A DNA stretch of 64,000 bases from an uncultured Lentimicrobiaceae bacterium (GCA_964523795.1 CAZGAO010000015.1:1695-65694), one strand, 5' to 3'. Shown: positions 20,101 to 29,935, numbered from the stretch's first letter. Made by a program: numbers and translations. The notes: generated from the sequence alone by a model not told the origin.

Positions 20101-20607
20101 ATCCCAATTGGTGAGGGTCGATTTTTTGACGATACCAAACTTTTCTGAAAACTGCCATGAATAGCTGAAGGAGAGTTTCATATCTTGATTGATCTCTTCG
20201 AATATGATTTTGTTTCCGGTTCCGTTTTTATACAAATCCCGGCTTATTTTATAAATCCCGGCGCATCTTTCAGAAAAGGGTTCCCAAAGCAAAATTTTTC
20301 CATTTTCATGGATTTTTATCAGGGTTTTGCTGCCGGTAGTTTCGCCGGTAGCCATAATTTTATCATCGGTGTAGTAGGGGAGGAGTGCGCTGTTTTCGTT
20401 GCGGCGACCTACGGTGAGGCCGCCATTGGAGGCGATGAAAAGCCAGTGGTCAGAATGGCTCACCAGGCTGACGAAAAACGGGCGCATCCGATCGTAGTTG
20501 GCGATTTTGTAAAACTGCTCATTTTCGATGGTGAGATAGGTGCCGCTTACTTCTTCGGTATTTGTTTTTAAAAGATTGTTGCCGAGATAAATATTTGGTT
20601 CTGTCAT
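17137..20607 (-). CDS. GH149-like beta-1,3-glucan phosphorylase
   Basis: 1156 aa, no signal peptide; RRHGDPSRPWN, YQGNWRDIFQNWE, YEGLGSIYWHMVSKL, GAQQPGMTGQVKE motifs recalled for GH149; context with GH16 and MFS. Confidence 0.8.
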   Translation of the reverse strand: MTEPNIYLGNNLLKTNTEEVSGTYLTIENEQFYKIANYDRMRPFFVSLVSHSDHWLFIASNGGLTVGRRNENSALLPYYTDDKIMATGETTGSKTLIKIHENGKILLWEPFSERCAGIYKISRDLYKNGTGNKIIFEEINQDMKLSFSYSWQFSEKFGIVKKSTLTNWDKKSATVEVLDGIQNILPYGVGAALQNQSSNLVNAYKRNELHQASGLGIFSLSAMIVDKAEPAEALKATTVWHAGIEAECVLLSLLQINNFKKGIKLNTETDIKAEAGAYFIKSNLALAAESKTSWVQVAELNQDHSSTAKLINQLKKDKNKIIHSLELDIEAGSQSLKKLAAMADGLQATGDELSVGRHFSNVLFNIMRGGIFTDQYRVEKSDLIDYFNTINKKLTTRQAEFFNDLPETLNYNRLLESAEKNSDADLIRICYEYLPLSFSRRHGDPSRPWNKFSIDIKNKDGSKLRNYQGNWRDIFQNWEALAFSFPGYIRSMITRFVNASTIDGYNPYRIMRSGIDWEIVDPDDAWSFIGYWGDHQIIYLLKLMELAENYCPEDLRAMLQKPIFVFANVPYRIKKYEEIVRNPKDTISFDELLEKRICEKVQQVGADGKLIVFNNDEPIKANLAEKLLVSLLAKLSNFIPEAGIWLNTQRPEWNDANNALVGNGTSMVTLYYLRRFVNFCIPLFDEKTNSEIEFHQPVAEMLGAISKVLEENQELLQNKISDNERRKVADLLGKIGESYREEAYSEEAYRGFDRKKVALPQKSIQDFLELSLQWIDHSIRVSKREDGLYHAYNLVTFEDEKLSISPLYEMLEGQVAALSAGVLDADEALKLLDKLKAGKMYRPDQYSYMLYPDRNLPGFLSKNTIPSSFVEGSALAKALLQANDTGVIQKDENDIYHFNSDFTNKNDLVAALARLRESDYAGLAEVEHSDFMEAFEQVFNHRAFTGRSGTFFGYEGLGSIYWHMVSKLLVAVQENIYKAKADNAAPEIIGRMIDHYYEIRAGIGINKSPELYGAFPTDPYSHTPAGKGAQQPGMTGQVKEDILNRWAELGVRIHKGILSFEPLFLKRKEFLQQPSVFRYFDVNGTPAEIELNKGELAFTYCQHPVVYALSNENSITIYDADGEVRSYPGKSLSARDSSALFSRSGSIRLVRVYQGF

Positions 20608-20668
20608 TTTATTTAAAATTACCCACTTTGGTATAGTTCTTAAATTTATAATCGTTGATAAGCTACTG

Positions 20669-20676
20669 CAAAAATA
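20669..20676 (-). promoter_or_regulatory. -7 promoter box upstream of GH149-like gene
   Basis: CAAAAATA on + equals TATTTTTG on -, about 60 nt before the start. Confidence 0.5.
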
Positions 20677-20688
20677 ATCTGTTCTATT

Positions 20689-20710
20689 AATATTTCGGTG
20701 CGCTGCACCT
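20689..20710. repeat. REP-like repeat (CGGTGC family), solo copy
   Basis: aatatttcggtgcgctgcacct is the exact reverse complement of 1588-1609. Confidence 0.8.
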
Positions 20711-20836
20711 TACAGAGTTTGCGTAATATTAAAAGCAAGGTTTTGCAGAATATCAAAAACCTTGCATCTGAAGTGTATCATTTTTACATACAATCCAAGC
20801 TATCAGAGTAGTATTGCTTATTAATTGAACACAATT

Positions 20837-20992
20837 TAGTGTCTGTCTTTAAAGTAACAGTTAGAAAAATATACGATTTCAGATTAACGATTTCAGATTT
20901 AGGATGTAGGTGATATTGACCACAATCTAAAATCTCCGATCTTTAATCTTCAATCTTAAATCAAAAATTGCTCACTTTGTTGTCAAACACTA
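20837..20992. mobile_element. Miniature element B, copy 2 (156 bp, both termini)
   Basis: tagtgtctg...caaacacta terminal inverted repeats; GAT arm 20875-20909, ATC arm 20921-20962; terminal CTA is the TAG stop of the GH158-like gene. Confidence 0.8.
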
Positions 20993-22315
20993 CTTAACGT
21001 AAAATGGAATATTGGCAGTTGCGGACTTATTGTTGCCATCGGCAGCATAAACGAAAATGCGATAGGCACCGGGAGTTTCCGGAGCGGTAAAACTTAGTTC
21101 AGGCTCCTGCGAAGTGCTTTGCAAAATTGTTTCGGGACGCTTTTCAAAGTCGCCGCCATCGCTTTGGTGGTGCTCGGGAACCTCTGGCATAATTTCCCAA
21201 CGATAAGTTAGCGCATCGTTTTCCGGATCGCTCACCCGGGCTGCGGCCTTTGCCGTGAACCCCGGAGCGAGATAAATATTTTGGTAAGCCGTTTGTCCAT
21301 CCACCTCAAACGAATCGAGTGCCGGTGCTCTGTTTTCGGGCCATTGGCCTGTCCACACAAATTCCATCACGTCCACTGCCTCGGTGCTATGACCGTTTTC
21401 GAGGAACATGCCGTACCAGGTGGGCGTGCGTTCTTGCTTTTGTCCCCACAAAAACACAAACGAGCCGATGCAGTGCTTCGGGTCTCCGGCAATGGCACTT
21501 TGGTAGCGATCGTGATAATCCAGTGCTTTTTGGTGGCTGGTGGGTTCGATGGGGCGACCCCATGCAGTTTTGCCTACTTCCCAGTGGCCGGTGGCACCCC
21601 ATTCGCTTACAACATAAGCCCCCGTGTAGTTGGCTTCGTGGAGGTAGCGTGGCAGGTTAACAATGTCGCCATAGAGTTGAAAACTGAGATAATCCAAGTC
21701 CGGGCATCTTTCGGCAAGCACAGCCAGCACATTTTTGTCGGCACCGGCAAGCATGGTAGTTACCGGATGGTTTGGATCGATTTCATGAATCATTTCAGCG
21801 ATTTCGTTTACGGCATCCCACACTTTTGGATTGTCGTAATGAAGGTTTAATTCGTTTCCCACGCCCCAGGCCAGGAGGGCAGGATGGTCTTTGTATTTTA
21901 ATACTTCAGCCCTGGCGTATTCAAATTGTTCGCGCACAGCCGCATTATCGTTATAATCGAAGCCATGCCTTTCGCGGGCAATTTCGAGACCCATGCACAC
22001 CATCAGGCCATTTTTTTGGGCCTCGTCCAGAATTTCGTTGCCTTTGCGGCATTGCGTATCGGTACGCCAGGTGCGCATGGCATTGCCACCATGGGCTGCC
22101 AGCGATTGGATGTCGCCACATTCAAGCCCTGCACCTTTTATATAAAACGGTTCCCCGTTTACATACAATTGGTAGCTTCCGGCTTCCGCCTTCAAAGTTA
22201 CTTGCGAGGCCTGGCTGTGCTTATCTTTCTCTTTGCTGTTTTGACACCCAAAACTCAAGGTTAAAATCGTGATGGCAGCGAGGAATAGTATTGTATTTCG
22301 TTTATTAATTTTCAT
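20990..22315 (-). CDS. GH158-like beta-1,3-glucanase lipoprotein (GH2-like TIM barrel plus Ig domain)
   Basis: Lipobox SFGC; PFYIKGAG, AMRTW, WGVGNELN, SEWG.TGHWE, GSFVFLWGQKQERTPTW; clan GH-A NE/E catalytic pair. Confidence 0.8.
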   Translation of the reverse strand: MKINKRNTILFLAAITILTLSFGCQNSKEKDKHSQASQVTLKAEAGSYQLYVNGEPFYIKGAGLECGDIQSLAAHGGNAMRTWRTDTQCRKGNEILDEAQKNGLMVCMGLEIARERHGFDYNDNAAVREQFEYARAEVLKYKDHPALLAWGVGNELNLHYDNPKVWDAVNEIAEMIHEIDPNHPVTTMLAGADKNVLAVLAERCPDLDYLSFQLYGDIVNLPRYLHEANYTGAYVVSEWGATGHWEVGKTAWGRPIEPTSHQKALDYHDRYQSAIAGDPKHCIGSFVFLWGQKQERTPTWYGMFLENGHSTEAVDVMEFVWTGQWPENRAPALDSFEVDGQTAYQNIYLAPGFTAKAAARVSDPENDALTYRWEIMPEVPEHHQSDGGDFEKRPETILQSTSQEPELSFTAPETPGAYRIFVYAADGNNKSATANIPFYVK

Positions 22316-22337
22316 TGTAAAATAGATTTAAGGAATT

Positions 22338-23900
22338 TTATTTTTTTACCAGCATTACTTCCAGCTCTTCCAGCGATTTACCCTTCGTTTCGGGCAGGAT
22401 GATGATTATGAATATCAAGCCCACCGCAGCAAACAAGCCATAAATCAAAAAAGTTAGCGAACTACCCAAAGCGGCAAGCTCCCACGGAAATACCAATTGT
22501 ACCGTAAAGCTTACGCCCGAGTTGATAAATCCGGCAAAGCTTATGGCCAGCCCACGAACGCTATTGGGAAACAATTCAGAAAACAGGACCCACATCACCG
22601 GCCCAAGCGAGATGGCAAAGGAAGCCACAAAACCGATTATCCCGATAAGGATAAGCCAGGCATTCATGCTGATGCTTGCCGTTATCAAGTCCGATTCAAT
22701 TTTCTTGGCTTCGATTTCGCCGTATGCCTTATTGATGGCATTTTTGAAAGCTACATCGCTCTGATAGGTTTTGCCAACCATCGCAGTGGTCTTGCTCCTT
22801 TCGATGTGCTCGGGCAGGCTTTGCACCGATTCGGGGGTGAGGGTGTAAGTGGCCGTGCTGAAGCCCCACGAAAGCAGAAACATACTCAGGGCGATACCCG
22901 TGAGGCCGAAGACAAGCAGAATCTTGCGCCCAAAGCGGTCGATAAACATGATGGCCAGGATGGTAAATACCAGGTTGGTTAATCCTACCAGGATGGCCTG
23001 CGAGAACGATGCATCGGTGCCAATGCCCGATTGTTCAAAAATCATGGGTGCGTAGAAAAACACGGAATTGATTCCGGTGATTTGCTGCAGAACAGCCACC
23101 ACAATTCCGATAGTGAGCACCAGGCGCAATGCGGGTTTGAATAACTGCGAAATGGGAACGCGCTTTTTGCTGTCTTCTTTCAGCAGGGAGGCTTCAACGG
23201 CATCCAGGTCTTTTTGTGCCTGTGCCTGAGAGGATACTCTTTTTAAAATGGCCAGGGCTTCTTGTGGTCTCGATTTTAGGATGAGCCAACGCGGGCTTTC
23301 GGGCACGGTAAACAGAAAGCCGAAATATAGTATCGCCGGGATTGTTTCAAGACCCAGCATCCATCGCCATTGATAAATATCAAAACCGAGGGCTTTGGTC
23401 CAGGAGGCATCCGATTGGCTAAATTGCAAAATAAGATAATTGGTAAAAAAAGCCACCGAAATACCAATCACAATATTGAGCTGATTGAACGAAACCATGC
23501 GTCCCCGAATATTGGGAGGCGATATTTCGGCAATATACATGGGCGCAATAATAAGTGAGGCCCCTACTCCGAAGCCGCCCACCATGCGGGCAATCACCAG
23601 CGTTACAAAATCGGGAGCCAGTGCCGAGGCAATGGCGGAGATGGCATACAGAGATGCCGCAATTTTGAGGATGGGTTTGCGCCCGTAAGTGGTGCTCAAG
23701 GGGCCGGCCAGAATCATGGCAAGCGTTGAGGTGAGTGTAAGCGAGCTAACAGCCCAGCCCAACTCCAGTTTGGAAAGTACAAACTCAGGTTCGATAAACT
23801 TTACCACACCCGAAATAACGGAGGCATCGAAACCCATCAAAAAGCCGCCCAATGCAACAATGAGGGAAATTCGGATTGTATATTTTTGCTCTTTGTTCAT
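22338..23900 (-). CDS. MFS sugar porter family transporter
   Basis: ALGGFLMGFD, YGRK, PMYIAEISP, PESPRWL, QQITGIN, DRFGRK, PETKGKSLEE. Confidence 0.95.
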   Translation of the reverse strand: MNKEQKYTIRISLIVALGGFLMGFDASVISGVVKFIEPEFVLSKLELGWAVSSLTLTSTLAMILAGPLSTTYGRKPILKIAASLYAISAIASALAPDFVTLVIARMVGGFGVGASLIIAPMYIAEISPPNIRGRMVSFNQLNIVIGISVAFFTNYLILQFSQSDASWTKALGFDIYQWRWMLGLETIPAILYFGFLFTVPESPRWLILKSRPQEALAILKRVSSQAQAQKDLDAVEASLLKEDSKKRVPISQLFKPALRLVLTIGIVVAVLQQITGINSVFFYAPMIFEQSGIGTDASFSQAILVGLTNLVFTILAIMFIDRFGRKILLVFGLTGIALSMFLLSWGFSTATYTLTPESVQSLPEHIERSKTTAMVGKTYQSDVAFKNAINKAYGEIEAKKIESDLITASISMNAWLILIGIIGFVASFAISLGPVMWVLFSELFPNSVRGLAISFAGFINSGVSFTVQLVFPWELAALGSSLTFLIYGLFAAVGLIFIIIILPETKGKSLEELEVMLVKK

Positions 23901-24050
23901 GTTCAGAATTGTTGGTAAAAAAAAATGAAGCTGCCTGAGAAAACATCACCCAATGAAAAAAAACAACATGTATCAAAAACTTCAATAATCGGCAGCCCCA
24001 TCTGTTTCTTAGTTTTATAAAAAATCTGTTTTTTGATATTAAAAATAAAA

Positions 24051-25409
24051 TCAGGGTTCCTGATACATCCGTACATAATCCACTTGCAGGGTTTGTGGGA
24101 AGATGGTATTGTCGATGCCTTGTGCACCACCCCAGTTTCCTCCAACGGCTACATTCATGATGAAAAATGCCGGCTTGTTAAAGGGCCAGTTTTCATCCGT
24201 TTTTACCGGTGGAGCATAAGTATGAATCACATTATCAGGAGTGTCAACATAAAACACCAGACGTTTCTCCGTCCATATCAGGCCATACACATGAAATTCT
24301 TCTTCGCAGCTTTCCACAATTATGCTGCTGCCGTTTCCGTTTCCACCAAATCCTGCGGGAGTATGCACCGTCGAATGTACCACATTGGGATCGTAGCCCA
24401 CATATTCCATGATATCCATTTCGCCACAGGCTGGCCACCCTGCAGTGTTGAAATTGCTGCCCAGCATCCACAATGCAGGCCAGATACCTGTTCCGGAGGG
24501 AAGCTTGGCGCGGATTTGTGCATGACCATATTGGAATTCATGTTTTCCATTTGTTACAATTCTGCTCGAGGTGTAGGAACCAGGTACTGTGTTTTCGTTT
24601 ACTTTTCGGGCAGTGATTACCAGCACACCATCCACAATCTCCGCGTTGTCGCCATTGGTATAATTTTGCAACTCGTTGTTGCCCCAGCCGCTGGCACCGG
24701 TTTCAAAGGTCCAGTTGTCCTGGTTCACCTCTGCCCCGTCAAATTCGTCAGACCAGGCAAGGGTAAGGTTTTGGATATAGTCAGGATCATCCTGTGCAAT
24801 GCTTACGGATTTTTTAAGCGAAAAACTGTTATTGTCCCGGTTTACGAGAAGCTCGATTTCGTGATTTCCGGAGTAGGGAAAATAAGCATCATATTCGGTT
24901 TGATCTGCGACTTCCTTGTTGCGATAAATCCACATAAACGAATCCCACATCCCTTGTGAAGTATTGGTAAGGCGCACTTTATTGGGATTGTCGGGCAGTA
25001 CTTCGGCGGTAAACGACAAAGCAAGGTCAGTGTTAGTAATGTTGATTGTTTTGCTAATGTTTTTCGTTTCGCCGGTAAAATTGAGCAGCTTTAGCGATAC
25101 CTGATATTCCCCTGCTACCGGATAGTAAATCACGTAGCTTTTGCTCCTGTCGGTGGATGTATCTGCTTGCTGGTTGCCAAAATCCCAAACCAGCGAATAG
25201 TATTCACCGGTGGAGGTATTGGTAAATTGCACATGATTATCATCGGCTAACTCAAAGCTAAAATCGGGCGCAAATGCCGGACTGTCATTGTCCTTATCGC
25301 AACCCGAAAATGCCGGCAGCAAAAAGATGCTCATCAGCAGGATTATCAGCGAAAGATTATTTGCGGTGGATCCGGGTCTGACGAAGCCTGGTAGTTTAAA
25401 ATATTTCAT
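24051..25409 (-). CDS. GH16 laminarinase-like lipoprotein with two PKD-like domains
   Basis: Lipobox FSGC; WDFGN PKD motif; WSDEFDG, WGNNELQ.Y, GIWPALW, catalytic EMDIME. Confidence 0.93.
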   Translation of the reverse strand: MKYFKLPGFVRPGSTANNLSLIILLMSIFLLPAFSGCDKDNDSPAFAPDFSFELADDNHVQFTNTSTGEYYSLVWDFGNQQADTSTDRSKSYVIYYPVAGEYQVSLKLLNFTGETKNISKTINITNTDLALSFTAEVLPDNPNKVRLTNTSQGMWDSFMWIYRNKEVADQTEYDAYFPYSGNHEIELLVNRDNNSFSLKKSVSIAQDDPDYIQNLTLAWSDEFDGAEVNQDNWTFETGASGWGNNELQNYTNGDNAEIVDGVLVITARKVNENTVPGSYTSSRIVTNGKHEFQYGHAQIRAKLPSGTGIWPALWMLGSNFNTAGWPACGEMDIMEYVGYDPNVVHSTVHTPAGFGGNGNGSSIIVESCEEEFHVYGLIWTEKRLVFYVDTPDNVIHTYAPPVKTDENWPFNKPAFFIMNVAVGGNWGGAQGIDNTIFPQTLQVDYVRMYQEP

Positions 25410-25759
25410 AATGTGTAGTTTAGAGTTCAAATAATTTAAAAGTAATGCTAAATAGTGTTTGCTAAAAAACTCGAAACAATTTGTTATTTATCCCATTGCA
25501 TAAGTGCTTAACATTAGCCAAAACCGGAAAGGTGAAAAGTAAAATCAGAATTAAAAAAATGTGGCTTGGTTTAGGCTTCATTTTATGATAAATTAACAAA
25601 GGTGTAAAGATATACAAATGATGCTGGTTCCTGATTTTTCTTCTTGTGAAAAGAAAGGATTGATTAAGCCGGAGTGGTGATAAGTATTAATTTTAAAAAG
25701 GAAATTCTTGTTTGGTTTATTTTAAAATTGGAACAGAAATTAAACCCCTAAAAAATTTT

Positions 25760-25797
25760 AGCCACGAAAGAAATTAAAAAATCTCTGTTTCGTGGCT
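25760..25797. repeat. Hairpin of the GCCACNAA family
   Basis: agccacgaaa 25760-25769 / tttcgtggct 25788-25797. Confidence 0.5.
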
Positions 25798-25828
25798 TGG
25801 TTAAACATTAGGCGACAGGCAGTGGGTA

Positions 25829-26086
25829 TCACTGATAGTCGTCGCTCGAACTTTCCTCGTAATAACGATCGACCACGATTTTGGCATCTTCCACAGCTTC
25901 CTCGAGCACGTAAACATTTACGCCGCCAGGCCTGTCGGGTGCATGATCCATCAGCGCATCAGTACCCCAAATCTCATCTCCAAGAAAAGCCTCGATCTCG
26001 TTGTCCATCAGCATGTCTTTGATTTGATCGGCCTGCCAGGCAGTGCCCGAAAAAATCTGCTTCGGCTTTTGTCCATTTAAATCCAT
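25829..26086 (-). CDS. DUF2007-like putative signal-transducing protein
   Basis: 85 aa; WQA..IK.ML.DN.IEAFL.DE...V.V.V.EE..E.A pattern. Confidence 0.8.
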   Translation of the reverse strand: MDLNGQKPKQIFSGTAWQADQIKDMLMDNEIEAFLGDEIWGTDALMDHAPDRPGGVNVYVLEEAVEDAKIVVDRYYEESSSDDYQ

Positions 26087-26337
26087 AGTGCAGATATGTT
26101 GGTTTGCTAATTTTTTAATTTTATAAAGGTAATACTATTTGTAAACATGGCCTTGCTTTGTCCCATACTTATCAACAAGTTTTGAACAAGCAAATTATAT
26201 TGAATGATTTAAAAATTTGAACGAATTGGTTTTAATTGTATTTACTGTTGTGAAAATTAAATTAATTTTGAACCCGCGAATAAAGAACTTGTTATGTTCT
26301 AATAATTTTTTTTAACTCACTTAATAATATCGACAAA

Positions 26338-26802
26338 ATGAAAAAAGGAATTGTACTATCAATTGGAATTTTATTCTTCGCTACGCTTTTAATGAGCATT
26401 GCACCAAGTATCACTGCTTCGGCTCCTGCTACTAATGATCAAATCACGCTTCAGGAGCAAGTTGATTTGAACGACCCAATGATTAAGGGTAAGGCTATCT
26501 ACGAAGGAGCCGGCCTGTGTTCAGTTTGTCATCAGGTGAATGGCCAGGGTTTAACGCCAGCATTTCCTCCGCTGGCCGAGGCCGATTATCTTTTGGCTGA
26601 TAAAAATCGAGCCATCCATCAAACTATGTATGGATCCAAAGAGCCGATTGTGGTAAACGGAGTTACTTACCCGGGTGGTGTTATGACCCCTGCCAATCTT
26701 ACCGATGAAGAAGTGATGCTCGTGGTAAATTATATTCTGAACAGTTGGGGCAACGATGGTGGCACAGTTACCATAGAAGAGGTGGCTGCTCAAAGAAAAT
26801 AA
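26338..26802 (+). CDS. Monoheme cytochrome c with signal peptide
   Basis: CSVCH; AFPPLA; GVMTP axial Met; YILNSWGN. Confidence 0.92.
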   Translation: MKKGIVLSIGILFFATLLMSIAPSITASAPATNDQITLQEQVDLNDPMIKGKAIYEGAGLCSVCHQVNGQGLTPAFPPLAEADYLLADKNRAIHQTMYGSKEPIVVNGVTYPGGVMTPANLTDEEVMLVVNYILNSWGNDGGTVTIEEVAAQRK

Positions 26803-26807
26803 ATCTT

Positions 26808-26815
26808 TACATTTG
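26808..26815 (+). promoter_or_regulatory. -7 promoter box before sco
   Basis: TACATTTG 42 nt before ATG 26858. Confidence 0.45.
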
Positions 26816-26857
26816 CCTCGCATTGCAACAAATCTTCAGATGAATTAAATACGAGAC

Positions 26858-27649
26858 ATGAAACATTTTTTTACGATTGCACTCCTGTTTTCCTCTCTTT
26901 TCCTAATATCGCAGGTTACAGTTACCGATGCTGATTCGTTGACAGAACTTTTGGGAATTTACGAAAAACTGGATGAGTATGTGCCCGACGATCTTACCTT
27001 TACTACTGAAGACGGGCAGGTGGTTAATTTTAAATCTCTCATCGATAAGCCCACGGTGTTAACCATGGTTTATTTTACCTGCCCGGGTATTTGCAGCCCG
27101 CTGCTCGATGGCATTGCCGAGGTTATTGGCAGAACGGATATGGAGCTGGGCAAGGATTACCAGGTACTCACGGTAAGTTTTAACGAAAAAGAAACTTACC
27201 AACTGGCAAAATCCAAGAAGGCGAACTACGTAAAACAGGTAAAAAAGGACATCGACGAAAGCCAGTGGCTGTGGATGGTTGGCGATAGCACCAATATTGC
27301 GCGACTTACACAAAGTATAGGCTATCGTTTTAAGCGTGATGGCGACGACTTTATCCACGCTGCCGCCATCATGGTTCTCAGCCCCGAGGGAAAAGTTACC
27401 CGCTATCTTTACGGAACCTATTTTTTGCCCTTCGACCTGAAGATGGCACTGGTAGAGGCCCGGCAGGGTAAATCGGGACCTACCATCAACAAAATCCTGA
27501 ACTATTGTTTCAGTTACGATCCCGAAGGGAAGAAATACGTTTTTAATATCACCAAGGTATCCGGTACCTTGATTATTGTTCTTGCACTGTCCTTTTTAGC
27601 TTATCTGATTTTTAGCAAAAAGAAACGCCCGCAAACCAAAAACACCTAA
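26858..27649 (+). CDS. SCO family copper chaperone
   Basis: [10 protein letters not shown] (CxxxC), conserved His in FIHAAA, C-terminal TM. Confidence 0.92.
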   Translation: MKHFFTIALLFSSLFLISQVTVTDADSLTELLGIYEKLDEYVPDDLTFTTEDGQVVNFKSLIDKPTVLTMVYFTCPGICSPLLDGIAEVIGRTDMELGKDYQVLTVSFNEKETYQLAKSKKANYVKQVKKDIDESQWLWMVGDSTNIARLTQSIGYRFKRDGDDFIHAAAIMVLSPEGKVTRYLYGTYFLPFDLKMALVEARQGKSGPTINKILNYCFSYDPEGKKYVFNITKVSGTLIIVLALSFLAYLIFSKKKRPQTKNT

Positions 27650-27669
27650 ACCAAACATTTTTTAATCTT

Positions 27670-29307
27670 ATGACGGCAATACCTCAAGCAAGCACGTACG
27701 TGAATTTTTTCCAGGTTAAGCGCGGTTTTCTGTCGTGGCTGGTAACCGAGGATCACAAGCGCATAGCACTGTTGTATTTTTATACGATATGTGCATTTTT
27801 TGTTGTAGCATTTGGTCTCGGACTGGTCATGCGTTTGGAGCTGATTGCTCCTGGAGCTACCCTGCTCGACCCGCAGACCTATAACGAAGTGTTTACGCTT
27901 CACGGCGTAATCATGATTTTTTTGTTTATCATCCCGGGCATCCCGGCCATTTTTGGCAACTTTTCGCTGCCCATGCTCATCGGTGCCCCCGATGTAGCCT
28001 TTCCCAAGTTGAACCTTATTTCCTGGTATCTCTATGTTTTGGGTGGGCTGATGGCTTTATCCACCTTGCTTTACGGCGAAGGCCCTGCCGATACGGGTTG
28101 GACGTTTTACGCGCCTTACAGCATCAAAACCGGCACTAACGTTACGATGGCTGTGATGGCGGCTTTTGTCCTGGGATTTTCGTCGATACTTACCGGACTT
28201 AACTTTATTGTTACCATGCATCGGATGCGTGCCCCGGGGATGACCTGGTTTAAGATGCCACTATTTCCATGGGCCTTGTACGCCACCGCCTGGATTCAGG
28301 TTTTGGCTACCCCGATTGTAGGTATTACTTTATTAATGATTGTTGCCGAACGCACGCTGGGCATAGGCTTGTTCGATCCGGCACTGGGCGGCGACCCGGT
28401 TTTGTATCAGCACCTCTTCTGGATTTATTCGCACCCGGCGGTATATATTATGGTGCTGCCTGCCATGGGCATCGTTTCGGAAACCATTCCTGTGTTTGTT
28501 AAAAAATCCATCTTTGGCTACAAAGTCATTGTTTACTCCAGTTTGGCCATCGCTTTTATCGGATATTTCGTGTGGGGACATCACATGTTTACCTCCGGGA
28601 TGAGCGGCCCTGCGCGGATTATTTTTTCGATACTCACATTTTTGGTATCCATACCCAGTGCTATAAAAGTGTTCAACTGGGTGGCAACGCTTTACAAGGG
28701 TTCCATCGACATACGAACGCCGCTGCTTTATGCTCTTGCCTTTATCTTTTTGTTTACCATCGGCGGATTGACCGGCCTGGTGGTGGGAGCTTTGGCCACC
28801 GATATTCACGTACACGATACTTACTTTGTGGTGGGGCACTTTCATTATGTAATGTTTGGAGGAACGGGCTTTGCCTTTTTTGGAGCCATTCACTTTTATT
28901 ATCCCAAGATATGGGGCAGGATGTACAACGAGACGCGCGCGAATATTGCTTTTGCGATTCTTTTTGTCGGCTTCAATTTGTTGTACTTCCCCATGCTTGT
29001 ACTTGGAATGATGGGAATGCCACGCCGCTACTACGATTATTTGCCCGAGTTCACCCTTCCCAACCAGATTTCTACGGTGGGTTCGTGGGTGCTTGCCATA
29101 GGTTTGATATTGATGATTGTTAATCTTATTGGTGGGCGCAAGGGCAAAAAAGTCGGGAACAATCCCTGGGGTTCGGTAACGCTGGATTGGACGCATACCC
29201 AGTCGCCTCCAACGCTTTACAATTTCGACCACACGCCCGAAGTAAAACGTGGCCCCTACGATTACCGGGATTATGAAAATTATATTGCTGAGAATAAACA
29301 AAATTAA
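27670..29307 (+). CDS. ctaD: Heme-copper O2 reductase subunit I, type A2
   Basis: FTLHG, YSHPAVY, VWGHHMF, GHFHY; D-channel Asp (APDVAFP) and K-channel Lys (AIKVFNW). Confidence 0.96.
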   Translation: MTAIPQASTYVNFFQVKRGFLSWLVTEDHKRIALLYFYTICAFFVVAFGLGLVMRLELIAPGATLLDPQTYNEVFTLHGVIMIFLFIIPGIPAIFGNFSLPMLIGAPDVAFPKLNLISWYLYVLGGLMALSTLLYGEGPADTGWTFYAPYSIKTGTNVTMAVMAAFVLGFSSILTGLNFIVTMHRMRAPGMTWFKMPLFPWALYATAWIQVLATPIVGITLLMIVAERTLGIGLFDPALGGDPVLYQHLFWIYSHPAVYIMVLPAMGIVSETIPVFVKKSIFGYKVIVYSSLAIAFIGYFVWGHHMFTSGMSGPARIIFSILTFLVSIPSAIKVFNWVATLYKGSIDIRTPLLYALAFIFLFTIGGLTGLVVGALATDIHVHDTYFVVGHFHYVMFGGTGFAFFGAIHFYYPKIWGRMYNETRANIAFAILFVGFNLLYFPMLVLGMMGMPRRYYDYLPEFTLPNQISTVGSWVLAIGLILMIVNLIGGRKGKKVGNNPWGSVTLDWTHTQSPPTLYNFDHTPEVKRGPYDYRDYENYIAENKQN

Positions 29308-29311
29308 TGTT

Positions 29312-29935
29312 ATGAGTTCAAGCGCAATTACTAACCACCCTCCAATCCACTTCGATGCCGAAGGCAAAAAGCTGGGGATGTGGTTATTTTTATTTACCGA
29401 GGTCTTGCTTTTTGGTGGTTTATTCATTGTTTATGCAACCTATCGTTTTATGAACCACGATGCCTTTCACCAAGGCTCGGCCGAGCTCGACCTGGTGGTA
29501 GGTGCCGTAAATACCGCTTTCCTGCTGGCAAGTAGTTTAACGGTGGCCCTTTCGATAACGGCTTTGCAAAAAGGCGATTCCCGTCGCTCGGTCAACCTGA
29601 TTATGATTACCATAGCTTTTGCCGGAGCTTTTCTTATGAATAAATTCTACGAATATAGCCTGAAGTATGAGCACGGACTTTTCCCCGGTATGGATCATTA
29701 CAACGAATTGAGCGCAGGCGAAGCCCAGTTTTTTAACCTTTATTTTTTGATGACCGGCCTTCATGCCATCCACATTATTGTTGGAGCTATCATCCTGCTC
29801 ATCGTGGCTTATTATATCAAAAAAGGAACAATAAACAAAGACCGATATGTTTATCTCGAAAATGGCGGCCTTTACTGGCATCTCGTGGACGTGATCTGGA
29901 TCTATCTATTTCCGCTGTTTTATTTAATCATTTAA
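29312..29935 (+). CDS. ctaE: Cytochrome c oxidase subunit III
   Basis: LGMWLFLFTEVLLFGGLF, MTGLHAIH, GLYWHLVDVIW; ATG 29312. Confidence 0.93.
   Translation: MSSSAITNHPPIHFDAEGKKLGMWLFLFTEVLLFGGLFIVYATYRFMNHDAFHQGSAELDLVVGAVNTAFLLASSLTVALSITALQKGDSRRSVNLIMITIAFAGAFLMNKFYEYSLKYEHGLFPGMDHYNELSAGEAQFFNLYFLMTGLHAIHIIVGAIILLIVAYYIKKGTINKDRYVYLENGGLYWHLVDVIWIYLFPLFYLII

Noticed and set aside
28333-29427. 364-aa antisense ORF opposite cox subunit I (also 13540-14511, 4667-5509, 30432-31172, 51455-52207, 17446-18117)
   Set aside because: Shadow ORFs opposite well-supported genes; no motifs; explained by codon bias.
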